Source: a virus. From it: 19,234 nt of DNA. A model generated the notes under the pieces. The model was not told the DNA's origin and did no database searches. It was given only the letters and a program-made list of their open reading frames with translations. This document shows positions 8,001 to 15,795 of this stretch, one piece after another. The translations under genes and the position numbers were made by a program. Every line of letters begins with the position of its first letter. The stretch's first letter is position 1. The stretch lies in the UHGV virus genome UHGV-1599518, one strand, 5' to 3'.

Positions 8001-8559
8001 AGAATGGGGTAGGGTGCGGATAAACCACACTATAGAAGTTGTCTTTTCCACCCGCTGTAATCAGTGTGCTTATGATTTTTGCAAAATCGTTGCGTTGGAA
8101 CACGCTACCGATGTCGGAAGTAAGCAGGATGATGTTGCCTTTGGCATATGTAGAAACCAACTGTTCGAGCGAGAGACGCGGTACAAAGTAGAACTGTTCT
8201 CGTGTGTTGGCCGCCGTCATTAGTTCGCAGATGTCGCGATATCCTTGCTCATTTTTAATTAGAGCGGTAAACGAGTAGTTACGTCCCCGCTCTAATGATT
8301 CCATACATCTCATAGATTCTTTAGCAAGTTTAGCCCGGTGCTCGTATGTGGGATCATCAACAATGTTTAGTTTCACACCACAAATAACCGCCATGTCGTC
8401 ACCAGCGGCACGTTGTAGTGGAATAACGCTCGCAATATTCATGCTATCTGCTGAAATTACAGCGGTGTAGCCAGCTTCTCTGGCAATCTTCACCGCGTTT
8501 TCTGCTTTTAGAGCCGACTCCCCAAGTGAGAAGTCAGTTCGAACCATCAGTGCCTTCAT
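5041..8559 (-). CDS. dnaE: DNA polymerase III alpha subunit-like (DnaE-type C-family polymerase) with a C-terminal UDG-like domain
   Basis: 1172 aa. Contains [59 protein letters not shown] and [29 protein letters not shown], the DnaE palm/fingers signatures. ATG 8559 with SD AAAGG. Confidence 0.9.
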   Translation of the reverse strand: [1172 protein letters not shown]

Positions 8560-8737
8560 GTGTTTTTACCTTTCTGGTTTTTTTGATTTTGTCATTGGGG
8601 AAGCCTACGAACTTCCCATGCATCGAAATCGCAACTTCTTTTGCTGATTGGTGACAATCGGGCTTGTCTGGACACACCAGACAAGCCTTACCAGTTTCAG
8701 AAGCAGCGATAAGAGAGCCGAAACATCCTTTACGCAC
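8534..8737 (-). CDS. questionable small Cys-rich ORF (67 aa) in the dnaE leader
   Basis: GTG start 2 nt after the upstream stop, no SD, overlaps the dnaE start by 26 nt. Encodes C-x13-CxxC-x5-C, but the CxxC region coincides with a perfect 11-bp palindrome, so this may be structured leader RNA rather than coding. Confidence 0.2.
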   Translation of the reverse strand: MRKGCFGSLIAASETGKACLVCPDKPDCHQSAKEVAISMHGKFVGFPNDKIKKTRKVKTHEGTDGSN

Positions 8738-8739
8738 GA

Positions 8740-9975
8740 TTAACCAAATATTTTTTGAACAACTTCACGAGCCGCTTGTGCAGAAGCTGAAGGGAGTTTG
8801 TTAATGAAAGAACGCTCAATACCTGTCACAAAGTCGCCTCGCATCATTCCAATCTTGGCCGACAACAAAAGTTCACGAGGGCCAATTGGCTGACTGATAA
8901 GGTGTTCTTCGTATCCATCGCGAACGATACCGGCAAACTTAACCATCTTTTCTGCGTATTCATCCACGATACCGGCATTTATCAACATGTTGATCTCTGC
9001 CTCTTTGCTCATGTATTTCACATTCGAAACGATGCCAAAACGCGAAAAGTTCGCGGCGTTCTGGATGTTTGTACCCTGGTACAAGCCGGTTTCATCACCA
9101 GATCCGTTCGTGTTGCCAGTGCCAATGAAAGCAAACCGTTCATGCGGAGTAATGCGACGCCATTCTGGAGTCGCCTCTTTGATGACCAACGCTTCACCTT
9201 CCAGCACTGGCTGATACACGCCAAGAATCTGTGGAAACGCAAAGTCGTATTCATCCGCGAGGTAAACCCAGCCATGCTTCATTGCGAGCGCAAGCAAGCC
9301 AGGCTCGAAATACGTAGAGCCATCACGCGCCAGAATTTGTCCCGTAACATGAGCCTCTTCCATTGATGCTGTATGTTGGGCACGGATTAACGGACGATTG
9401 AGCAAAGCACATAGTTGTGTAGGCAATGAAGATTTGCCTGTTCCTGCATGACCCCACAAATAGCCAGGTATGCCAAGTTCAAGCATCATGAAAATGTCTT
9501 TGATCAGTTCGAAGTCGCCATATACGTATCCCTTCTTCACTTCTGGAACGAACTCTGGAAACGGCGTATTGACGTTGACGCTAACCATGAGCGGCGTCCC
9601 ACGTTTTGTTCCGAGTTCTTTCACCGTTACATTTAGCAGTTCGTGAGCTGCGACCAGATCTGTCTTGTACTCAACTGTGCCTGTGTAGCCTGGGCTACTG
9701 GTCACGCCAGATGATTTGGCCATTTCGCTTTTTTGCTCGGCACGTTTAGCTTGAATTGCATCAAGTGCCTTTTTCGATAGCGTTGGCTCATCTGGAAACT
9801 GTGTTGTGTACATTTTCAGTACGGTGTCAGGATCGGCATCTTTTACTGACTCAGGAATGCCCTCGCAATTACCATTGGCTACATGGGACTTAAAATAGTG
9901 AAATGATTTTCCGCACCACTTGCAAACAAGGTAATCAGAAGGATTTTTTTCATTTTGCAGTGCAGTAGTAGTCAT
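8740..9975 (-). CDS. cobS: AAA+ ATPase, CobS/MoxR-like (AAA_5 type)
   Basis: Walker A GHAGTGKS, Walker B WVYLADEYD. N-terminal CKWCGKSFHYFKSHVANGNC looks like a zinc-finger. ATG 9975 with SD AGGA. Confidence 0.8.
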   Translation of the reverse strand: MTTTALQNEKNPSDYLVCKWCGKSFHYFKSHVANGNCEGIPESVKDADPDTVLKMYTTQFPDEPTLSKKALDAIQAKRAEQKSEMAKSSGVTSSPGYTGTVEYKTDLVAAHELLNVTVKELGTKRGTPLMVSVNVNTPFPEFVPEVKKGYVYGDFELIKDIFMMLELGIPGYLWGHAGTGKSSLPTQLCALLNRPLIRAQHTASMEEAHVTGQILARDGSTYFEPGLLALAMKHGWVYLADEYDFAFPQILGVYQPVLEGEALVIKEATPEWRRITPHERFAFIGTGNTNGSGDETGLYQGTNIQNAANFSRFGIVSNVKYMSKEAEINMLINAGIVDEYAEKMVKFAGIVRDGYEEHLISQPIGPRELLLSAKIGMMRGDFVTGIERSFINKLPSASAQAAREVVQKIFG

Positions 9976-10070
9976 GCGTTTTTCCTTTGTTTTCTAATGA
10001 GCGTTCAACTTCTTATATAAATATATCATTATCTATCGTAAGTGGTTACTTATCGTTAAGGCTGTTTTGT

Positions 10071-12179
10071 TCACTTTAAAATGATACGAGATAGTTCAGT
10101 AACTACAGATGAACCAAGACTATCAACGCTCGTTACCAGGGCATGATTTGAGTAAAATCTCTCCGGTGCGTCAGTCATGATGCCAATTGCCATCAAATCA
10201 ATATCAGTCTGCGTTTCAATTTGCTTCGCAACTGAACGCAAATGAGCGTCAAAACCTCTCCCAACAGCCCACGGCGCGCCATCACTCAGAACAAGCATGA
10301 TCTTCCTGTCCTCCATGCGACCGGAAAATAACGATGCAAGGCTGGCTATGCTTTCACCATCCACGTTATTAAGAAGTGGGAATGTGTAGCCTACGCACCC
10401 CATACGTGAGCGAACTTCGCGAGAATTTACCTTTTCATTCCAATTTTTGATGATAGGTAGCATTAAAGATTCAAAGCGAGAGAACTCATACTTGACAGCC
10501 TTAAGTTCTCCTGCCGCCATATGACTACCAAATGTAGTGAAGCCGGTGATAATGTTGGGAACATTTATTCGATCAAGTGCATCGGCGATGGTATATGCAC
10601 TTGCAAGAGCTAGTTTTATCGTTTCGCCACTCATTGAACCCGATAAATCAATCACTTGTTGAACACAGGCGTTAACGGCTTTAGATTCTTCTTTTTTACG
10701 AAACACGCGATCATCATTCATTGTTAATCTGTAGATACTTGAACCATGAATGCGCCCCCGACGCTGGCCAGGTATAAACTGAACTCTGTTTCTGCTTGCT
10801 ATTGCACGTTCCAGGTCTTTTGCCAGCGTCGACGAAACACCTGACGAAAGGTGCTTTTCAATATATTTGTCGAAGAGTTGGTTGCCTTCAGGAACGATGC
10901 GATAACGGCTGATTGGATATCCACCTAAATCAATATCGGAGAATGTTTTAATAAGCCGTTTGATATGGGCTTCTGCCTGATCAATCGAGCCGATGAAGTC
11001 GTATGAGCGATTGTATGGCCTGTATTCGCTTTTCGAGCTTTCTGTTAACTCGCTTTTAATCGTTTCGGATAGCGCATCTTCTGTCATGCCTCCGACTTCA
11101 TCTTCCATGCTATCCAACTCCTCTAAAGCCTCTTCCAGACTCATTTTTGACGGAGTTGGAATGTCTGAAGAGCCGTCTTCTGTCGATTTTCTTTTTTCGT
11201 GGTCAGTGGTAAATGATTCTGACGCCGCGTTATCAGAAGCACCAGAATCTGATACCTCTTTATCATTTTCTGTATCATCGAATATTGTTTCTGATGATTC
11301 AGAATTATCTGAATCATCACTGTCGTTATTATCATGTTTGTGCTTACTGTGTGATTCTGATTTGATAGATTTGTGATTATCTAACGCTGAGGGTGTCTCA
11401 TGATCTTCGTTGTCTTCATTGTTTTCTCCAGAGGCATCCGTCTGGTCAGCGTCTGAAGGATCGGAAGTTTTTCCCGGAGCTGACTCCTTACCTTTGCTTT
11501 CACTTTCAGTGTCTTTGAGGATCTTAGCTATGGTCGCAGCCACCTTTACACAATCCTCGGTGCAAGACATGTTACGCACGGCCACATCGATACCATGTTC
11601 TTTTAATAATGAAATTGGTTTCTCAATGACAGGCCAATATTCATCCATGAAATCTACGAACGGTGCTTGGCCATCCCAGGCTCTTACAACCGGACAGAGA
11701 AAGAAGTTTAGAAAAAGCGCGCGCTGATCTTTGCCACAATAAGCAATAGCCTCTGAAGCCTTTGGTTTAAAGACTTTTTCGATTATAAGGCGCTGAGTTG
11801 CCATCAGATTACGTCTTGTTCCGTTAAAGACCTGACCCATTTTTCGCTCGATGAACACGTCTTCTAAGGCATTCCATAGCGACCAGGAAGGAACGCGTCC
11901 TTTTTCTCTCATTTTGTTGGACACACGAATATCGGTAAACAAAATGTGAGCAACCTCATGATCGAGAAATCCGCGCACAGCATTCATCAATGCCGGTGTT
12001 GCGTTATCCGGGATTGATGGGATGTTTACGAGAATTGGCTCTCCATCATCGTTATAGCGTACATAAGCGTCGTCCCCTCGTTCTGCAACAGGGATGTTTT
12101 TACCTGAAAGGAGAGCGACTACTCGTTTTACACTGTCACGGAAGTCCTGAACCTCTTTGATGGAACGTTTTTTAGACAT
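10071..12179 (-). CDS. cobT: CobT-like protein with C-terminal von Willebrand factor A domain
   Basis: 702 aa. C-terminal MIDAS motif VIDLSGSMSG and a downstream DG motif; a long central Asp/Ser/Glu-rich low-complexity region (roughly residues 220-380). ATG 12179 with SD AGGA. Confidence 0.8.
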   Translation of the reverse strand: MSKKRSIKEVQDFRDSVKRVVALLSGKNIPVAERGDDAYVRYNDDGEPILVNIPSIPDNATPALMNAVRGFLDHEVAHILFTDIRVSNKMREKGRVPSWSLWNALEDVFIERKMGQVFNGTRRNLMATQRLIIEKVFKPKASEAIAYCGKDQRALFLNFFLCPVVRAWDGQAPFVDFMDEYWPVIEKPISLLKEHGIDVAVRNMSCTEDCVKVAATIAKILKDTESESKGKESAPGKTSDPSDADQTDASGENNEDNEDHETPSALDNHKSIKSESHSKHKHDNNDSDDSDNSESSETIFDDTENDKEVSDSGASDNAASESFTTDHEKRKSTEDGSSDIPTPSKMSLEEALEELDSMEDEVGGMTEDALSETIKSELTESSKSEYRPYNRSYDFIGSIDQAEAHIKRLIKTFSDIDLGGYPISRYRIVPEGNQLFDKYIEKHLSSGVSSTLAKDLERAIASRNRVQFIPGQRRGRIHGSSIYRLTMNDDRVFRKKEESKAVNACVQQVIDLSGSMSGETIKLALASAYTIADALDRINVPNIITGFTTFGSHMAAGELKAVKYEFSRFESLMLPIIKNWNEKVNSREVRSRMGCVGYTFPLLNNVDGESIASLASLFSGRMEDRKIMLVLSDGAPWAVGRGFDAHLRSVAKQIETQTDIDLMAIGIMTDAPERFYSNHALVTSVDSLGSSVVTELSRIILK

Positions 12180-12277
12180 GGCTAATCCTTTGTTATGAAA
12201 ACAAATTATTTACTAGTGTGTTTAATGTAGCACTGCGCGAACAGGGAACTAAGCCATTCGCGCAGGGAGAAGAGGGG

Positions 12278-12490
12278 TTAACAGATTCTGACGGCTAAAG
12301 ACCAGGAGCCGGTATTGAGAAGCGTGAAGCGTTTGTTGTTAAGTTCGAATATAAAGCCAGTTGTGTCATTCACACCAACCTGAATCTGCTCATTCGGTAG
12401 ATCGGTGAGGATGTCAGCTACACACTCATCAGCTAATTTCTGTACGTGTCCGATCTCAAGAGCGATTAGGCTGGAAATAGTGGTGTTCAT
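12278..12490 (-). CDS. hypothetical protein (70 aa)
   Basis: ATG start with weak SD, immediately upstream of the cobT-like gene. No motif recognised. Confidence 0.35.
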   Translation of the reverse strand: MNTTISSLIALEIGHVQKLADECVADILTDLPNEQIQVGVNDTTGFIFELNNKRFTLLNTGSWSLAVRIC

Positions 12491-12667
12491 TCAATCAATC
12501 CATTCTAACTTATACTATGGTAAGGAATACTACTAAAATTTGTATCAATACTGAATACATTCATATCATATGCAAGTTGATTTTCTTACCTGTTTTGGGC
12601 TAATTTTTCTCCGTGCAATGGCCTTTAACCGGTCTTTTAAGTGCCTATCGAAAAAAATGATAATAGC

Positions 12668-12710
12668 TTTACAACCCTAACCTTTGATGTAATATCGGTA
12701 AGCACTTACC
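12668..12710 (+). promoter_or_regulatory. candidate promoter with palindromic operator at +1
   Basis: TTTACA (12668..12673), 16-bp spacer, TAATAT (12690..12695), followed by the 14-bp palindrome GGTAAGCACTTACC (12697..12710), about 30 nt upstream of the HTH gene ATG. Confidence 0.4.
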
Positions 12711-12741
12711 AGAGAGAATTGAACGCGCAAAGGTTGTAACC

Positions 12742-13128
12742 ATGTCTGATAACAAGATTGAATTTATAGAAAGTCGCTACGCTGCTTTTATCGCAGGGTT
12801 GATTGAATCCTCACCTATGAGCCAGGCCCAGATAGCCAAAACAATTGGGTATAAAAACGCCAACAACCTTTCTTTAATTAAAAGCGGCAAAATTCCTTTG
12901 CCTATCGATAAGGTTCGTCCGCTGGCGCTGGCACTGGGCATTGAGCCAAGTCGTCTTATGATGATGGTGCTGGAAGAACGCCAACCCGAACTCGCAGCAT
13001 TTTTATACAAAGAAGGCACTGCTCCTCTTAACGAGGACGAAAAACAGGTTCTTGCTGCATATAACGAGCGATTCGGTAAAGAGAAAGGCGCATCACAAAA
13101 GGTTGTTGAGGCCATAAAGTCTCTATGA
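12742..13128 (+). CDS. XRE-family helix-turn-helix transcriptional regulator
   Basis: HTH segment MSQAQIAKTIGYKNANNLSLIKSGKIPLPIDKVRPLALALGIEP. ATG 12742 with SD AAAGG. The 3' end overlaps the convergent integrase gene by 6 nt. Confidence 0.75.
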   Translation: MSDNKIEFIESRYAAFIAGLIESSPMSQAQIAKTIGYKNANNLSLIKSGKIPLPIDKVRPLALALGIEPSRLMMMVLEERQPELAAFLYKEGTAPLNEDEKQVLAAYNERFGKEKGASQKVVEAIKSL

Positions 13129-14226
13129 AAAATTTACACGAATAAGCTCTGTTGATAGACGATCTCCCTTAAATTTGTGGTCAATTTCGTCTAAATCCGG
13201 TTGCTCTACGATTGATGCGATGTACGTCGAGAAACTTTCTAAGGCGTCTCGCATCTCGTCCATATAATCGTGCCGGTCGTAGACCCGATCTATCCCCTCA
13301 AGACTGTGGTTCATGATTTTACGTGATACCTCCTGGCTTATGCCTAATGCTGGGAAGTAACTACGCGCAGTACGGCGCAAATCTCGGGGTGTAAATGGCT
13401 CAAGCTCCATCAGTTCTGGTCGTTCCAGAATACGACGTAATGCCTGGGCTATTGCCACTTTAGACATAGGAAGGTCTTTCCCGATTTTTTTATTCGAAGG
13501 CACGAGCCACTGGCTGTCTTTACCATATTCGAACAACTCTTCAATACAAGTGCGCATTAATGAGCTTAAAGGCAGAGAATGCTCACGGGCAGATTTGTTC
13601 CTCTTGCCTTGATTCCAAACCCCACGCTTAAGATTGAACTCACTTTTTTTAGCCCGCAGTACTTCGTCAGGTCGTCTTGCGGATACAAGACATAGCCTGG
13701 CCGCCCATTTTGTACCAGCACACACATTGAAGTAGTCCCATATATTCCAGAACACCCATACCTCTGCGTCGGTCAGCTTCCGCTCGCGAGGTGTGGGCTT
13801 TGCGCCACCGGCAACTTTGTTAAGTGACATATCGTTTAACGGTGACACGTCTATCATCCCCTGGAAGGCGCACCAGCTAAGGAACTGCTTCATCAGAGAG
13901 AAAACGCGGCGGCCCATAACAATTTTGCCATCCAGTATTAGTGGGTTGACCAGTTGGTTCACCATGAACCTATTAATGTCACTTACTTTTACATCGGCAA
14001 TGTGCGGCAAAACATGTATCAAAATACAATGAACAGCGATCTCTGGCCGACGTCTGGTTATCAGCAGAGATAAGCGAGTGAATAACATGAATGCGTCCGA
14101 GAATCTCATGTCATTGCTGACCTGGGAGATCATAACGGCCTGCATTTGAGATGCTCTTTCGAGATACTCTATCGCCTCTTTTGAGGTGTTCTCCGCAGCG
14201 CGTGCGCTGTCAAAGCTATTTTTCAT
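13123..14226 (-). CDS. int: tyrosine recombinase / phage-type integrase
   Basis: Catalytic-domain blocks LVSARRPDEV (Arg), HSLPL, FTPRDLRRTARSY and NHSLEGIDRVYDRHDY (His...Tyr) match the tyrosine recombinase R-H-R-Y active-site layout. Confidence 0.85.
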   Translation of the reverse strand: MKNSFDSARAAENTSKEAIEYLERASQMQAVMISQVSNDMRFSDAFMLFTRLSLLITRRRPEIAVHCILIHVLPHIADVKVSDINRFMVNQLVNPLILDGKIVMGRRVFSLMKQFLSWCAFQGMIDVSPLNDMSLNKVAGGAKPTPRERKLTDAEVWVFWNIWDYFNVCAGTKWAARLCLVSARRPDEVLRAKKSEFNLKRGVWNQGKRNKSAREHSLPLSSLMRTCIEELFEYGKDSQWLVPSNKKIGKDLPMSKVAIAQALRRILERPELMELEPFTPRDLRRTARSYFPALGISQEVSRKIMNHSLEGIDRVYDRHDYMDEMRDALESFSTYIASIVEQPDLDEIDHKFKGDRLSTELIRVNFS

Positions 14227-14404
14227 ATGACAATCACCGAGTTACGCCGATGCACTGTATAAGTAAACAGTATATTAGGCATAGATTCTTATAGGATCAA
14301 GAGTAAAAGTAACTCATTTTCAGCAATGATTCCATACATAGTAGGTATGGAATCATTTTGACGTTGTTTTTTGAATTTTAAGGGAAATGGGAGTGAGTTT
14401 GGTG

Positions 14405-14432
14405 GGAATAAAAACGGCTCCTGTGAGCCGTT
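14405..14432 (-). terminator. Rho-independent terminator for the glutaredoxin gene
   Basis: Minus strand: stop TGA, then stem AACGGCTC / GAGCCGTT with loop ACAG, followed by TTTATTCCC. Confidence 0.55.
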
Positions 14433-14436
14433 AAAA

Positions 14437-14682
14437 TCAGAGGGTGCTGACGTATGCAGCCAGTTCTGTGTATCCGCCAATCGGCTGGCCATCGATCAGC
14501 ACCTGGGGGATAGTCTCTACCGGTTTACCAACAATTTCACTTAGTTTTTCCTTGTCGATACCGGCAGTGGTGATGTCGATGTACTCATAATCACCGTTGC
14601 CATGTCCCTTTAGTTGCTTCGCCAGCTCGACCGCACGTTTGCAGTATGAGCAGTTATCTCGTCCGTAGATAGTGATCGTCAT
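14437..14682 (-). CDS. glutaredoxin (GrxA/NrdC-like), active site CSYC
   Basis: MTITIYGRDNCSYCKRAVELAK...GKPVETIPQVLIDGQPIGGYTELAAYV closely parallels E. coli glutaredoxin 1 (GKPVETVPQIFIDQQHIGGYTDFAAWV, from memory). CxxC motif is CSYC. Confidence 0.9.
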   Translation of the reverse strand: MTITIYGRDNCSYCKRAVELAKQLKGHGNGDYEYIDITTAGIDKEKLSEIVGKPVETIPQVLIDGQPIGGYTELAAYVSTL

Positions 14683-14855
14683 AACTTAACAAATACCTTT
14701 ATAAATATTGATTCGAACATATCAGACTATACTACAAACAGATTTTTTTGATAAGTATGTAGTAACTTATTGATTGACTAGTAAACAATTGAAGTGATTA
14801 CGACAATAGATTACAGTAAGGATTGCCTTGAAATGTACATTTTATAGAGGTTTTA

Positions 14856-15764
14856 ATGATTGGTAAGTTGTCTGATTCTTTGATTGAAAATAAATACAAC
14901 GAATTTAGAGAAGAAATATCTTTACTTTTTGATTATTTAAATCAGATAAATGATACAACAAAGAAAAATATAAAACGTCTTCTTAAAGAAGTGGAGTATG
15001 CACAGAATCCAGATACTATTATTAATATTAATGAAACTATTAAGATTAAGTGTGGCACAACGTTAGCTCGCCATTTATGTTCAAACCCATATACAGGTTC
15101 AACATTAGAGATAGGTAACAGCGCCATTGATTTAGAAGAAAAGATAAGATTGTGTAATACTTTGAAAAATAAACAATATCAGTGGGTTATTACTGAAGCC
15201 TATGAGTTACTGGAAGACTATATTGAGGCAATATATGTCTATACTGTATGTGTTCGAAATGATTTATGGTCCTCAAGTGATTTTGGTAAGGTTGAAGATG
15301 ATGAAATTGGGAAAAGGGAAGTTTATTACAGATTATTAAAAGCAAAAAGTAACCCATCGAAAAAAATAACTAAAATTTTCAGAAATAAAATACCTGGCTT
15401 CAAAGAGATAGAAACAAACAACAAGATTGGCAAAAACTATCGCTTTAACATCAAGCTAATTGAACTACTAAGACATACAATAGTACACAATAGTGGACGA
15501 TTCAATGATACAGAAAAATTTATAAATAAGGTTTTAGATGAATCTGAAATAAACGGTAAGAAAAGAGTTATTGGAGAAAGAGCTGTTAGAAGTTACATTA
15601 CTAAAGTGCAAGAAGATGATATTGTGATGCTCTTAGAAAGACCATCTGAAATTTTAGGTTCTTTTGGTGGGTATTTTAACAGAGCAAAATTTTTACTAAG
15701 TGATATTTTAGAATACTCACTAATCATTAAAGAAGAACTAAAATCATATCTAGGCAATCATTAA
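14856..15764 (+). CDS. AT-rich hypothetical protein (302 aa) with HEPN-like Rx4H motif; candidate Abi-like RNase
   Basis: ATG 14856 with SD AGAGG 5 nt upstream and its own terminator. By eye ~25-30% G+C against ~50% for neighbours. Lys/Asn/Ile-rich; motif ELLRHTIVHNSG fits the HEPN R-[NHQ]-x3-H signature. Opposite strand to both neighbours. Confidence 0.7.
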   Translation: MIGKLSDSLIENKYNEFREEISLLFDYLNQINDTTKKNIKRLLKEVEYAQNPDTIININETIKIKCGTTLARHLCSNPYTGSTLEIGNSAIDLEEKIRLCNTLKNKQYQWVITEAYELLEDYIEAIYVYTVCVRNDLWSSSDFGKVEDDEIGKREVYYRLLKAKSNPSKKITKIFRNKIPGFKEIETNNKIGKNYRFNIKLIELLRHTIVHNSGRFNDTEKFINKVLDESEINGKKRVIGERAVRSYITKVQEDDIVMLLERPSEILGSFGGYFNRAKFLLSDILEYSLIIKEELKSYLGNH

Positions 15765-15765
15765 C

Positions 15766-15795
15766 AAAAAAGGGGCCGAAGCCCCTTTGGATTTT
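15766..15795. terminator. bidirectional Rho-independent terminator
   Basis: AAAAAA-AGGGGC-CGAA-GCCCCT-TTGGATTTT, with A-run and T-run flanks; serves the AT-rich gene (plus) and the tRNA operon trailer (minus). Confidence 0.65.

Noticed and set aside
5453-8223. Plus-strand ORFs inside the dnaE-like gene (5453..5725, 6589..6951, 6982..7536, 7574..7924, 7795..8223 and others)
   Set aside because: Antisense shadow ORFs within a long, motif-supported minus-strand gene; no independent support.
10993-11727. Plus-strand ORFs inside the cobT-like gene and apparent repeat structure there
   Set aside because: They lie antisense to the Asp/Ser-rich low-complexity coding segment, which generates long ORFs and simple repeats in other frames; not independent features.
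14289-14492. 67-aa minus-strand ORF downstream of the integrase
   Set aside because: Overlaps the glutaredoxin 3' end and its terminator hairpin, has low-complexity LLLLLIL content and no RBS; most likely a chance ORF.
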